DNA of 56,934 nt, taken from contig JAZQHL010000165.1 of the NCBI GenBank assembly GCA_045540595.1, positions 1-56,934 on the forward strand. Reading direction: 5' to 3'. Shown piece by piece: positions 28,254 through 37,971 of this stretch. The notes beneath the pieces were generated by a model, which was not told the origin of the DNA, made no database searches, and was given only the letters and a program-made list of their open reading frames with translations. The stretch's first letter is position 1; the number at the start of each line of letters is the position of its first letter. The stretch is from Ruminococcus sp. (GTDB taxonomy: Bacteria; Bacillota; Clostridia; Oscillospirales; Acutalibacteraceae). The translations under genes and the position numbers were made by a program.

Positions 28254-29348
28254 ATGTGGGTTTGGATTTTTATGCTCCTGAGCATTATAGGTTTCTGGGT
28301 ACTTGTGCCTGATGCTCTGGGCAAGAAAAAGAAAAATCTAATATTTTTGGGACTATGTTTCCTTGTTGTAGTATTTGTAATGGGAAGCAGAAGTCCACAT
28401 CTGATGAGAAGTGCCGACCTTTACGGTTACTACAGAATGTTTTACCGTACTACTGTAATGAGTTTTGAGCAATTACTTCAGACGTATGACACCATTGAAC
28501 GCGGCTACCTTCTTCTGAACAAGTTGGTTTCAATCATAACTACCTGGCCGTATATATTCCAGTATGTGGAGGCTGCGTTCTGTACTTTTGTAATGTTCTG
28601 GTATATCAATCGGAATTCAGAAAGTGTTTTTATGGCTGTTCTTGTATACATCTGCATTGGTCCGTGGCAGTTTTTTCTGACAGGCTTCCGTCAGGCATTT
28701 GCTATTTCAATTTGCTATATTGCTTTTGAATTTCTGAAAAAGCATACCCGCAAGTACGACATCATCGGTGTTTGTCTGATTGCATTGGCGGTATCAATGC
28801 ATCTGACAGCGTGGGTTTTTGTTTCAGTATTATTCTTGAGAAATATAAAAATATCCAAGAAATTTTTAGTAATCGTCGCTTCGGTTACCGTTGTGCTTTT
28901 TGCTTTGTTGCCCCATATTCTGGAATTTGGCAGAAAGTATATGGATAAGGACTATGAGATGGAGTATATAGGTAACCCTCTGGGAGGACTTATTCCTTTA
29001 GCGGTTTATTTGTGTGCACTTGTTCTTACATATCTTGTATGGCTTGATGATAAGGATTATCTTGTGAAGTACGGAGCAGAGATTACTCTTCTTGTGGTAG
29101 GAATGGCTCTTTATACTCTCAGATACAGTTCTGTTACCGTGGAAAGAGTAAGTTTCTATTTCTTGCCTGTGGTAGCGATTGTTCTCTCAAATGCGGTTGT
29201 GCGTCAGAAGACAAAAAGCAGAAATATCTGCTACGCTGTCGGAGTTGCACTGCTCGTAGTGCTTTTTGTGTACCGATGCACAGAGCAGTACGGAGGATAC
29301 CGTTTCTTCTGGGAGTATCTGGAATTTCTTGATTTGTATGCTAATTAA
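28254..29348 (+). CDS. EpsG-family polysaccharide polymerase (Wzy-like)
   Basis: About 10 TMs; D...Y, E.GY, RQAFAI, H.TA, RVSFYF motifs. Confidence 0.82.
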   Translation: MWVWIFMLLSIIGFWVLVPDALGKKKKNLIFLGLCFLVVVFVMGSRSPHLMRSADLYGYYRMFYRTTVMSFEQLLQTYDTIERGYLLLNKLVSIITTWPYIFQYVEAAFCTFVMFWYINRNSESVFMAVLVYICIGPWQFFLTGFRQAFAISICYIAFEFLKKHTRKYDIIGVCLIALAVSMHLTAWVFVSVLFLRNIKISKKFLVIVASVTVVLFALLPHILEFGRKYMDKDYEMEYIGNPLGGLIPLAVYLCALVLTYLVWLDDKDYLVKYGAEITLLVVGMALYTLRYSSVTVERVSFYFLPVVAIVLSNAVVRQKTKSRNICYAVGVALLVVLFVYRCTEQYGGYRFFWEYLEFLDLYAN

Positions 29349-29431
29349 CTGACTTATCCTGAAAGCATTGATAAATAATTATTGATACATTTCTGGAAAG
29401 TACGTTTGATGATAATTATTCGGGTGGATTT

Positions 29432-30580
29432 ATGGCAGAAAACAAAAAGACTATCAAGTGTCTGGCGTATTACGATACTCTTGACAGTACCGACAACAGA
29501 ATGAATAATCTTGCAGCCTACATAAAGTCTACTTATGTGTTTGAGTGCCTTGAGCGGCTGGGATATAAAGTAGAGATTCTTTCTGCAAGCTATAACTTGG
29601 GCAAAAAGATGATCAAAGGCTCTACCAGAAAACTCAGCGATAGTATTACCCTGACAACTCTCGATTCTATGGGCAGAGGTTGCAAACTAAAGAATATTTT
29701 CTCACAGCTTATGTTTTACAGAAAACTCAGCAAAGCGCTGGATTCCTTTGTGAACGAGGGAGATACATTGCTTGTGTATCATTCACTGGGTTATCTTGAT
29801 ATGGTCAGAAAACTCAGAAAGAGAAAAAACTTCAGACTTCTTTTAGAGGTCGAAGAAATTTACGGACACGTTTTAGCTTCAGACAAAACCACAGCCAAAG
29901 AAATTGATTATTTCGGTTATGCAGACGGCTATATTTTCTCAAATTACCTGCTGAATGAAGCAGTAAACCATAAATCAAGACCCTACGCTGTGTCTCATGG
30001 GGCATACAAGTCTTATGAATATACACATAAAACCTTTGATGATGATAAAATCCACATAGTCTATGCAGGAACCTTTGACCCCCGTAAAGGCGGAGTTTAC
30101 ACAGCAATTTCCTCGGCTGAATTCCTTGATGAAAAATATCATCTGCATATTCTGGGCTTCGGGTCTGAGGAGCATGTATCTGCAGTCAGAAAGAAAATTG
30201 CAGATATTAACAAAACAGGCAGATGCAAGGTGACTTACGACGGCTGTCTTTCAGGTGAAGAATACTACAACTTCCTGCGAAAATGCCATATAGGGCTCAG
30301 TACTCAGATTCCCAGGGGAGAATACAACGATTCCTCTTTCCCTTCAAAGGTGCTGGTATATATGGCCAACGGACTGAGGGTTGTAAGTGTGCGTATTCCT
30401 GCCATTGAAACATCAGATGTAAATGAATATATATGCTATTATGACCAGGACACAGCACAGGCTGTAGCAAATGCAATCAAAGAGACAGATATATCGTCCT
30501 CCTATGACGGAAAAGAGATTATCAAAAAACTTGATGCAAAGTTTACAGATGCTCTGCAGTGTCTGCTGACTCAGATATAA
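29432..30580 (+). CDS. Glycosyltransferase (GT4-like)
   Basis: VYAGTF..RKG and SFPSKVLVYMANG motifs. Confidence 0.8.
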   Translation: MAENKKTIKCLAYYDTLDSTDNRMNNLAAYIKSTYVFECLERLGYKVEILSASYNLGKKMIKGSTRKLSDSITLTTLDSMGRGCKLKNIFSQLMFYRKLSKALDSFVNEGDTLLVYHSLGYLDMVRKLRKRKNFRLLLEVEEIYGHVLASDKTTAKEIDYFGYADGYIFSNYLLNEAVNHKSRPYAVSHGAYKSYEYTHKTFDDDKIHIVYAGTFDPRKGGVYTAISSAEFLDEKYHLHILGFGSEEHVSAVRKKIADINKTGRCKVTYDGCLSGEEYYNFLRKCHIGLSTQIPRGEYNDSSFPSKVLVYMANGLRVVSVRIPAIETSDVNEYICYYDQDTAQAVANAIKETDISSSYDGKEIIKKLDAKFTDALQCLLTQI

Positions 30581-30602
30581 AAAGGAAGGAGGAGTTTAAA
30601 AT

Positions 30603-31580
30603 ATGATCAGTGTGATCGTACCTGTATACAATTCTCAGGATTATCTTGACAGATGTGTCAGAAGCATTCTGAATCAGAGTTACAGGAATTTTGAACTTCT
30701 TCTGATTAATGACGGCTCCACGGATTCTTCAGGCACAATGTGTGATAAATATGCTGAGGAAGACAGCAGAGTTTCAGTCATACATAAACTGAACGGCGGA
30801 GTAAGCTCAGCAAGAAATACAGGAATTGATAAGGCAACAGGGGAGTATATTACATTTGTTGACAGTGACGACTATGTTTCTGAAACAATGCTTTTTGATT
30901 TGCATTCTTGCTGTGCAGATAGTCACGATATGGTTGCAGGCTCCCTGAAAATGGTATCCGAAACAGGAGAAACAGACTTCTGTATGGATGATTCACAGTC
31001 AGACGCGAAATCTCTTTTTGAGGCTTATCTTTCAGAAAAATTTCCACGGATTTGTCTGAACGGTCCCTGCGTTAAACTTTTCAGAAAAGATATAACAGAC
31101 AGGTATCATATCCGCTTTGACAGCAATATGAGTCTGGGTGAAGATACTGTGTTCGTTACAGAGTATCTTTCTCATTGCAAAAAAATAAAGACAACAAACA
31201 AGGTTTTGTATTATTATATGAGGGATAACGAGGCTTCTCTGTATTCCCGCTTCAGAGAAAACTGGTACGAGGACTCCGCTAAAGCATACAAGGCGGTTAT
31301 GTCTGTTGCTGAGAAATTCAACTGCAGTGAAGAATCTGTAAATGTTTATAATACATTTCGGGTAAGGAATCTTCTGGCAACATTGATTCTGGCGGTCAGG
31401 ACTTCCTCAAAAAAGGAATGTATATCGTATATGAAGGCGTTATCTTCAGATGAAATATTCTGTGATAATATGAGTGCTCTGGGCAAAGGAAGCCTTATGT
31501 ATATTACCGCAGGGTTTATACGGCTCAGGTTTTATGGTCCGGTTTACTTTGCACTGAAACTGCGGTACAGAAACAGATAA
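30603..31580 (+). CDS. GT2 glycosyltransferase
   Basis: SVIVPVYN, INDGSTD, GVSSARN, FVDSDD, GED. Confidence 0.93.
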   Translation: MISVIVPVYNSQDYLDRCVRSILNQSYRNFELLLINDGSTDSSGTMCDKYAEEDSRVSVIHKLNGGVSSARNTGIDKATGEYITFVDSDDYVSETMLFDLHSCCADSHDMVAGSLKMVSETGETDFCMDDSQSDAKSLFEAYLSEKFPRICLNGPCVKLFRKDITDRYHIRFDSNMSLGEDTVFVTEYLSHCKKIKTTNKVLYYYMRDNEASLYSRFRENWYEDSAKAYKAVMSVAEKFNCSEESVNVYNTFRVRNLLATLILAVRTSSKKECISYMKALSSDEIFCDNMSALGKGSLMYITAGFIRLRFYGPVYFALKLRYRNR

Positions 31581-31610
31581 AAGGAAAATCGTTTGAAGGT
31601 GATTGAGTAA

Positions 31611-33125
31611 ATGAGCAGAACAAAAAAATCATTGGTGAATCTGCTTTGCTCTTTGGTGGCTCAGATTGTTACAATCGGACTGGGGCTTGTTATCCCCAGG
31701 GTTACTATTGTAAACTATGGTTCTGCGGTCAATGGCTTGCTGAGTTCTGTTAATCAGGTTGTAATATATCTCACATTATTTGAAGCAGGAATACAGGCGG
31801 TTGCAATGCAATCCTTGTATAAGCCTGTGAGTATAAGCGACCATAACAGGATAAACAGCATTCTGTCTGCGGTGAATATAAGTTACAGAAAAACAGGAAC
31901 TTATTATTTTCTGACGCTTATTGTTTTGTCGGCAGTGTATCCTTTTCTGGCGGCTGAGTCAGGTATAGACTATTTTACTGCATTTTTTGTTGTTTTGTTT
32001 TCGGGTTTACCGAATGTTATTTTATTCTTCTTTCAGGGTAAGTACAGAATTTTGCTGCAGGCAGAAGGAAAGAACTACATACTCACCAATCTCACTATGG
32101 CAACAACTATCGGAACAAGTATTCTTAAAATAGTATTGCTGATGTTGGGAATGAATGTAGTAGTTGTTGTTTTCTCTGCATTTATCCTTTCAGTGTTGCA
32201 GGCAGTATATATTATTGTCTACTTCAGAAAAAAGTACAAATGGATTGATCTGAAATCAGAGCCTGATTTTTCAGCGCTGAAACAAAGAAACTCCGCACTT
32301 ATACATCAGATAGCAGGCTTTGTATTCCTCAACACAGATGTGCTTATACTGACTGTTTTCTGCGGACTTGAAACCGTAAGTGTCTATTCGCTTTATAAAC
32401 TGGTAACATCACATCTCACAGGTGTGCTGAATATCCCCTTCAGCAGTGTTAGCTTTGCTTTGGGACAAACCTATAATACAGATAAAGAAAAGTTTACTAA
32501 GTATATTGATGCAACAGAAGTTTTCATTGCGGCACTTTCCTTTTCGGTATACTCTGTGTTCCTTTCTCTGATGTACCCTTTTCTGGAACTTTACACAGGA
32601 GGACTGGATATAACATACGCCAATGTGGTGTTGGTAGTGCTTTTTGCAGCGGTTGAACTTCTGACCTTTGGAAGAACTGCAATGCTCAATACCATAAACT
32701 ATGCAGGTCACTTCAAAAACACACTACCCCAGACAATTATTGAAACAGTAATCAATCTTACGGTTTCCTTGTCTTTGGTATATTTCATTGGAATATTCGG
32801 TGTTCTGGCAGGCACGGTTGCCGCGTTGCTCTATCGTTTTATCGACGTGATAATATACAGCAATGTGAAGCTTCTGAACCGAAAACCCTTCAAAACATTT
32901 TTTATTTATGTAATCAATATAGCAATGGTGATTGCTTTTCAGTTAATCTACAGTTTGCTGAATGTAGAAATCCGGTCATATATTGATTTTATTATAGTCG
33001 GTTTTATATTAACTGTTGTTTCTTTGGTGGTGCACTTTTCTGTATCACTTCTGATATATAAAAAAGAACGAAAACTGTTACTTGGCTTTCTTAAATCCAA
33101 GATATTACACAGACAGGTTAGGTGA
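31611..33125 (+). CDS. wzx: Polysaccharide flippase (Wzx, MATE-like)
   Basis: 12-14 TMs, YGS.VNGL, NTDVLIL, INL.VSL motifs; located in a glycosyltransferase operon. Confidence 0.82.
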   Translation: MSRTKKSLVNLLCSLVAQIVTIGLGLVIPRVTIVNYGSAVNGLLSSVNQVVIYLTLFEAGIQAVAMQSLYKPVSISDHNRINSILSAVNISYRKTGTYYFLTLIVLSAVYPFLAAESGIDYFTAFFVVLFSGLPNVILFFFQGKYRILLQAEGKNYILTNLTMATTIGTSILKIVLLMLGMNVVVVVFSAFILSVLQAVYIIVYFRKKYKWIDLKSEPDFSALKQRNSALIHQIAGFVFLNTDVLILTVFCGLETVSVYSLYKLVTSHLTGVLNIPFSSVSFALGQTYNTDKEKFTKYIDATEVFIAALSFSVYSVFLSLMYPFLELYTGGLDITYANVVLVVLFAAVELLTFGRTAMLNTINYAGHFKNTLPQTIIETVINLTVSLSLVYFIGIFGVLAGTVAALLYRFIDVIIYSNVKLLNRKPFKTFFIYVINIAMVIAFQLIYSLLNVEIRSYIDFIIVGFILTVVSLVVHFSVSLLIYKKERKLLLGFLKSKILHRQVR

Positions 33126-33130
33126 TTATT

Positions 33131-34162
33131 ATGTCAATTTTTAAGGACAAAACCATACTTATTACAGGAGGTACAGGCTCTTTTGGTAATGCTGTGCTTG
33201 ACCGCTTTCTTGAGACAGACATCAAGGAAATCCGTATTTTTTCCCGTGATGAAATGAAACAGGACGAAATGCGTCACAGATACAATAGCGATAAAATCAA
33301 GTTCTTTATCGGAGATGTAAGGGATATTACTTCTCTCTCCCTTGCAATGTACGGTGTGGATTACATCTTCCACGCAGCAGCCCTCAAGCAGGTTCCTTCC
33401 TGTGAATTCTTCCCCATAGAAGCAGTAAAGACAAACGTTATCGGTACAGACAATGTGCTTTCTGCCGCAATCACTGCAGGTGTTAAAAAGATTATCTGCC
33501 TTTCTACCGATAAGGCTGCATACCCTGTAAATGCAATGGGTACATCAAAGGCTATGATGGAGAAGGTAACCGTTGCCCGTGCACGCACAGTTTCTCCTGA
33601 AAAAACTTCTATCTGCTGTACCCGTTACGGTAACGTTATGTGCTCCAGAGGCTCAGTTATTCCTCTGTTTATCAGCCAGATCAAGAGAGGTCTGCCTCTT
33701 ACACTGACAGACCCCGATATGACAAGATTCATTATGAGTCTGGAGGAAGCAGTAGACCTGGTGCTCTTTGCTTTTGAAAACGGCAAGAGCGGTGATATTC
33801 TGGTGCAGAAGGCTCCTGCCTGTACAGTTGAGGTGCTTGCTCAGGCTGTAGCAGAACTTTTCGGTGTGCCTGATATAGAGAAAAAGGTAATCGGAATCCG
33901 CCACGGTGAGAAAATGTACGAAACCCTTCTTACAGCCGAGGAGTGTGCCTGTGCTGTGGATATGGGCGGCTTCTATCGTGTGCCTGCAGATAAACGTGAC
34001 CTGAATTACGAACTCTATATGGACAAGGGCGACACAAGCCGCAGTACCATCAAGGAGTTCACTTCTGACAATACAGAGCTTCTCGATGTGGAGCAGGTTA
34101 AAGCAAAACTTCTGTCTCTGAAGTACATTCAGGACGAGCTCAGAGAGTGGGAAAAAGTATGA
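33131..34162 (+). CDS. fnlA: UDP-GlcNAc 4,6-dehydratase/5-epimerase (FnlA/CapE/WbjB)
   Basis: ITGGTGSFG, FHAAALKQVPSCEFFP, STDKA.YPVNAMGTSK, IGIRHGEK; ATG 33131 follows AGGTGA. Confidence 0.93.
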   Translation: MSIFKDKTILITGGTGSFGNAVLDRFLETDIKEIRIFSRDEMKQDEMRHRYNSDKIKFFIGDVRDITSLSLAMYGVDYIFHAAALKQVPSCEFFPIEAVKTNVIGTDNVLSAAITAGVKKIICLSTDKAAYPVNAMGTSKAMMEKVTVARARTVSPEKTSICCTRYGNVMCSRGSVIPLFISQIKRGLPLTLTDPDMTRFIMSLEEAVDLVLFAFENGKSGDILVQKAPACTVEVLAQAVAELFGVPDIEKKVIGIRHGEKMYETLLTAEECACAVDMGGFYRVPADKRDLNYELYMDKGDTSRSTIKEFTSDNTELLDVEQVKAKLLSLKYIQDELREWEKV

Positions 34163-35304
34163 AGATACTCGTAACAGGAGCCAAAGGTTTTGTAGGTAAA
34201 AATCTTTCGGCAGAACTTCTGAATATATCCGAAGGCAAGTGCATTTTTGACGGAATCCCCAAGGGTGTGCAGGTTTTCTGCACAGATATAGACACCCCTT
34301 GTGAGACACTCAGGGAATACTGCCGTGACTGTGATTTTGTTTTTCATCTGGCAGGAGTCAACAGACCCGAAACCACAGATGAGTTTGCAAAAGGCAACAC
34401 AGATTCACTCAGACAGCTTGTGTCTTTTCTCAAGGAAGCCGGCAACACCTGCCCTGTAGCACTCAGCTCATCTACCCAGGCAGCCCTTGATAACCCTTAC
34501 GGAGAGAGCAAGCGTCAGGCTGAGATATTCCTTTCTGAGTACGGTAAGGAAGCAGGAGTGAAAACCTATATTTTCCGTTTTCCCGGAATATTCGGAAAAT
34601 GGTGCAGACCCAACTATAACAGTGTTGTTGCTACTTTCTGTCACAACATTGCAAACAACCTTCCCATCCGTATTGATGACAGAGAAAGAGAAATCAGACT
34701 TGTATACATAGATGATGTGGTGCGTTCACTGCTTATGTGTGTGGTGGATTCAGTCACCAGAGATGATGAAAACTTCTGCAGGGTTCTGCCCGAGCATAAT
34801 GTGACTCTGGGTAAAATTGCGGATTTGCTTGAGTCTTTCAGAGACGGCAGAAGAAAACTTCAGGTGCCTGAACTTTCGGATCCTTTTGTAAGTGCACTGT
34901 ATGCAACCTACCTTTCCTATCTGCCAAAAGACGAATTCTCTTATCCTCTTGATACTCACAGTGACCACAGAGGTTCTTTCACAGAGATTATCAGAACTCC
35001 TGACAGAGGTCAGTTTTCTGTGAATATCTCAAAACCTCATATCACAAAAGGAAACCATTGGCATCATACAAAAAATGAAAAATTCTGCGTTGTTTCAGGT
35101 ACAGGTGTTATCCGATTCCGCAGAATTGACAGTGATGAAGTTATTGAATATTTTGTAAGCGGTGATAAAATAGAGGTTGTGGATATTCCTACAGGCTATA
35201 CCCACAACATCGAAAATCTTGGCGATACAGATATGATTACTTTTATGTGGGCAAGTGAGGCTTTTGACCCCAATCGCCCCGATACTTTCTTTCTGGAAGT
35301 ATAA
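34159..35304 (+). CDS. fnlB: CapF/FnlB/WbjC bifunctional 3-epimerase and 4-reductase
   Basis: TGAKGFVG, HLAGVNRP, FGKWCRPNYNSVVATFC, C-terminal cupin KGNHWHHTKNEKF; ATGA overlap with fnlA. Confidence 0.93.
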   Translation: MKILVTGAKGFVGKNLSAELLNISEGKCIFDGIPKGVQVFCTDIDTPCETLREYCRDCDFVFHLAGVNRPETTDEFAKGNTDSLRQLVSFLKEAGNTCPVALSSSTQAALDNPYGESKRQAEIFLSEYGKEAGVKTYIFRFPGIFGKWCRPNYNSVVATFCHNIANNLPIRIDDREREIRLVYIDDVVRSLLMCVVDSVTRDDENFCRVLPEHNVTLGKIADLLESFRDGRRKLQVPELSDPFVSALYATYLSYLPKDEFSYPLDTHSDHRGSFTEIIRTPDRGQFSVNISKPHITKGNHWHHTKNEKFCVVSGTGVIRFRRIDSDEVIEYFVSGDKIEVVDIPTGYTHNIENLGDTDMITFMWASEAFDPNRPDTFFLEV

Positions 35305-35342
35305 AATAAAACAAGTCGGAGTTTTCTCCGCGGGAGACAGCC

Positions 35343-36524
35343 TTGAATAATACAGAGAAATTCTTGATTGATGTGCTCAGGTGCTTTGCAACCGACACAA
35401 AGACAAAACTGAATACAGACGGGGTAGACAAGGAAGAACTGTTTGCTCTTTCAAAAAAGCAAAGTGTGACAGGTATTGTTTCATATATACTCGAGCGTTA
35501 TGATATCTTCAGCGGTGATGAGATAAGAGCAAAATTTGCAAGAGAGTATGACTATACCATTATGCAGATGCTCAGCCGTGAATCTTCAGCCCAGAAGCTG
35601 TGTGATAAGTTTACTGAAATGGGCATACCTCATATTATGTTTAAGGGTACTACTATAAGCGAGGTGTACCCTGTTAAGGTTCTGCGTGCTTATGGTGATG
35701 TGGATATTATTGTGCACAAGGAGCATATCCCTGCTATCCGTGATTATATGACAGGAGAGGGTTTTGAATACTCACTTACAGACGAAGGTGTGGTAAGTGT
35801 ATTCAGACGAGGCAGAGAAAAATATGAAATTCATACATCTCTGAATGAGCCCATTGCAAAGAGTTCTGCTTTTTTCTCTGATTTGTGGTCGAATGCAGAA
35901 TTACAGCATGGGCAGACATATTCATTCAATCACAACTTTCACTTGTGCTATCTTATCTGCCATCTGGAAAAACACGTATATGGCAGCGGCTCGGGTGTGA
36001 AGATGTATCTGGATATTGCCTTGTATCTCAGGAAATATCAGGACAGCATTGATATGGATTACGTCAGGGAAAGTCTGAGCAGCTGCGGATTGGCTCAGTT
36101 CTTTGAGACAGTTCTATATATGTGTAACCGTTGGTTTGGACTTGAGCTCCCCTCCTGGGTCAAACCTCTGGAAGAAGAACTGTATGAGCAGATGTGTGGG
36201 TTTATTTTCTCGGGCGGTGTGTTCGGCGTACAGGGAAAGAAAGATATTATGAGTGATGACCTGCGTCGTGAAATGGCATCAGGCAGAAAGTTTGCAAAGT
36301 TCAGATTTATTATGAGCAGAATCTTCCCCTCAGCCCACGAGCTGTGCAGAATGTTCCCTAAGTTTCAGGGCAAATCCCTGCTGATTCCTTGTGCATGGTT
36401 TTGTCATGTGTTCAAGGTTATCAGTAAAGGTAAACTCTCCAATGTAAAAGCAATAATCAAAACTGACGCTGAGCAGGCTCAGGATAAAAAAGAATTTCTT
36501 GATCGTATCGGATCACGCCGATAA
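35343..36524 (+). CDS. Nucleotidyltransferase-family protein (NTP_transf_5-like)
   Basis: FKG.....YP...LR.YGDVDIIV, YEIH, H..KH...SG.GVK...D motifs. Confidence 0.8.
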   Translation: MNNTEKFLIDVLRCFATDTKTKLNTDGVDKEELFALSKKQSVTGIVSYILERYDIFSGDEIRAKFAREYDYTIMQMLSRESSAQKLCDKFTEMGIPHIMFKGTTISEVYPVKVLRAYGDVDIIVHKEHIPAIRDYMTGEGFEYSLTDEGVVSVFRRGREKYEIHTSLNEPIAKSSAFFSDLWSNAELQHGQTYSFNHNFHLCYLICHLEKHVYGSGSGVKMYLDIALYLRKYQDSIDMDYVRESLSSCGLAQFFETVLYMCNRWFGLELPSWVKPLEEELYEQMCGFIFSGGVFGVQGKKDIMSDDLRREMASGRKFAKFRFIMSRIFPSAHELCRMFPKFQGKSLLIPCAWFCHVFKVISKGKLSNVKAIIKTDAEQAQDKKEFLDRIGSRR

Positions 36525-36538
36525 GCTAAAATAAAAAT

Positions 36539-36578
36539 AACTCCGTAAGGTGCAGACACCTTGCGGAGTTTCTTTTTT
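36539..36578. terminator. Bidirectional terminator where the two polysaccharide operons converge
   Basis: AACTCCGTAAGGTG-caga-CACCTTGCGGAGTT followed by a T-run. Confidence 0.85.
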
Positions 36579-37104
36579 AGTCTATGGGTTCGGTGATGAT
36601 GTTCTGTGCCAGAGCAGAATTGCGGTATCTGGGGTCACAGGTAACATCTTTGATTATAGTGAGAAAATCAGGTATGGGAGGTTTTGTATTCTCCGATTCA
36701 ACTTCGATTTCAAGGTATGCTCTGTCATTCCAGAACGGAAAAATATCAACCTCGTAAGTAAATCCCGAAAGCACAAAACTGTGACGGATTTTGCTGATAG
36801 GGGAGTAGCCCTCGTTTGAATACTTGCTCAGTTGCATAAACTCTTCTTCGGATATTTCAGATTCAATCTCAACCCTTGTCATCTCAGTGATTTTTTTCTT
36901 GAAGGTTTTAATGTACTTTACACCTTCGGAATCCTTAACACAGCGGATACGGCATCTGCCTTTTTCTTCGCCGAAGAAATCGGGCAGAGTCAGATACAGC
37001 TGTGTAAGCTCACAGCATTTGTACTGAGGTTGTTTTTCAAGAATATCCACATTGGGAAAACGAATGAGGAATTTATATTCAATTTCAAGCGGTGTGTTAT
37101 TCAT
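36577..37104 (-). CDS. CYTH-domain protein (triphosphate tunnel metalloenzyme)
   Basis: EIEYKF (ExExK), RIR, EIESEI, KIR, EVD, LEIE. Confidence 0.85.
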   Translation of the reverse strand: MNNTPLEIEYKFLIRFPNVDILEKQPQYKCCELTQLYLTLPDFFGEEKGRCRIRCVKDSEGVKYIKTFKKKITEMTRVEIESEISEEEFMQLSKYSNEGYSPISKIRHSFVLSGFTYEVDIFPFWNDRAYLEIEVESENTKPPIPDFLTIIKDVTCDPRYRNSALAQNIITEPID

Positions 37105-37961
37105 ATCAGATCAATTATCATAAGTTCAGGCAGGTTGTGAAACCTGGGGAAATATGCGGGTGAAGAGCCAAGTCCCTTGCATACTGCAAGGTGTCCTTGC
37201 TCCATTTCGTAGAAGCCTCCTGCGTAGTTGGGAAACCTTTTCTGCTCAGGAGCATAGACAGCACCTATAAAGGGAAGTCGGATCATACCGCCGTGGGTGT
37301 GACCGCTTACCATAAGGTCAAGGGGGTATTGTTCGATTCCCCAAAGATAGAATTCGGGGTGATGACACAGGAATAAGGTGAAACTATCATTATCTTCTTC
37401 AATGTATTCCTGAAGATAGGCATTTGCCTCTTCGTCCCACCTGCGGTAGTAGGTGAGTCCGCTTATGCAGATATTGTTGCCTTTTACGGTTATGGTTTCG
37501 TGATTCAGGTCAAAGAGATGTGCTCCTTCTGCTTTCATTGCATTTTCTATGCTTTCGCGATGGGGATTATCTCTTTCCTGATTTCCGATGCAGGAGTAAA
37601 CAGGAGCGATATCAATAAGTTGAGAGAAAAGATGAGTAACATAAGCAAGGTTAACATCTTTATCTTCGTTTTTGTCAATCAGGTCTCCTGTTGTAAGTAT
37701 CAGGTCGGGATTCTGTCCTTTTACCTTTTCGATAAGACGAGAATTGTCTTTGCCAAAATACTTGCTGTGCAGGTCGGTGATTACCGCAAGGCGTACAGGC
37801 TCGGTTATCTTTTCACTTTCAAGAGAATGTTTGCTGACAGAAATAACTGTGTTGCTCAGTATAAGGTCTGTGCAGATACTGAGAACAAGCAAAACTGCAA
37901 GTGAAAGAAGAATTATTTTCTTAGTTCTGGAAACAGATGGTTTTTTTGAATTAATTTTCAT
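37101..37961 (-). CDS. Membrane-anchored metallophosphoesterase (YkuE-like)
   Basis: TDLH, TGDLID, GNQE (GNHE variant), HHP, SGHTHGG. Confidence 0.88.
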   Translation of the reverse strand: MKINSKKPSVSRTKKIILLSLAVLLVLSICTDLILSNTVISVSKHSLESEKITEPVRLAVITDLHSKYFGKDNSRLIEKVKGQNPDLILTTGDLIDKNEDKDVNLAYVTHLFSQLIDIAPVYSCIGNQERDNPHRESIENAMKAEGAHLFDLNHETITVKGNNICISGLTYYRRWDEEANAYLQEYIEEDNDSFTLFLCHHPEFYLWGIEQYPLDLMVSGHTHGGMIRLPFIGAVYAPEQKRFPNYAGGFYEMEQGHLAVCKGLGSSPAYFPRFHNLPELMIIDLI

Positions 37962-37971
37962 AATTGCAAAA

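Noticed and set aside
35343-36524. Lasso-peptide/RiPP cluster suggested by the nucleotidyltransferase
   Set aside because: No precursor peptide, asparagine-synthetase-like cyclase, PqqD or transglutaminase-like peptidase in the window
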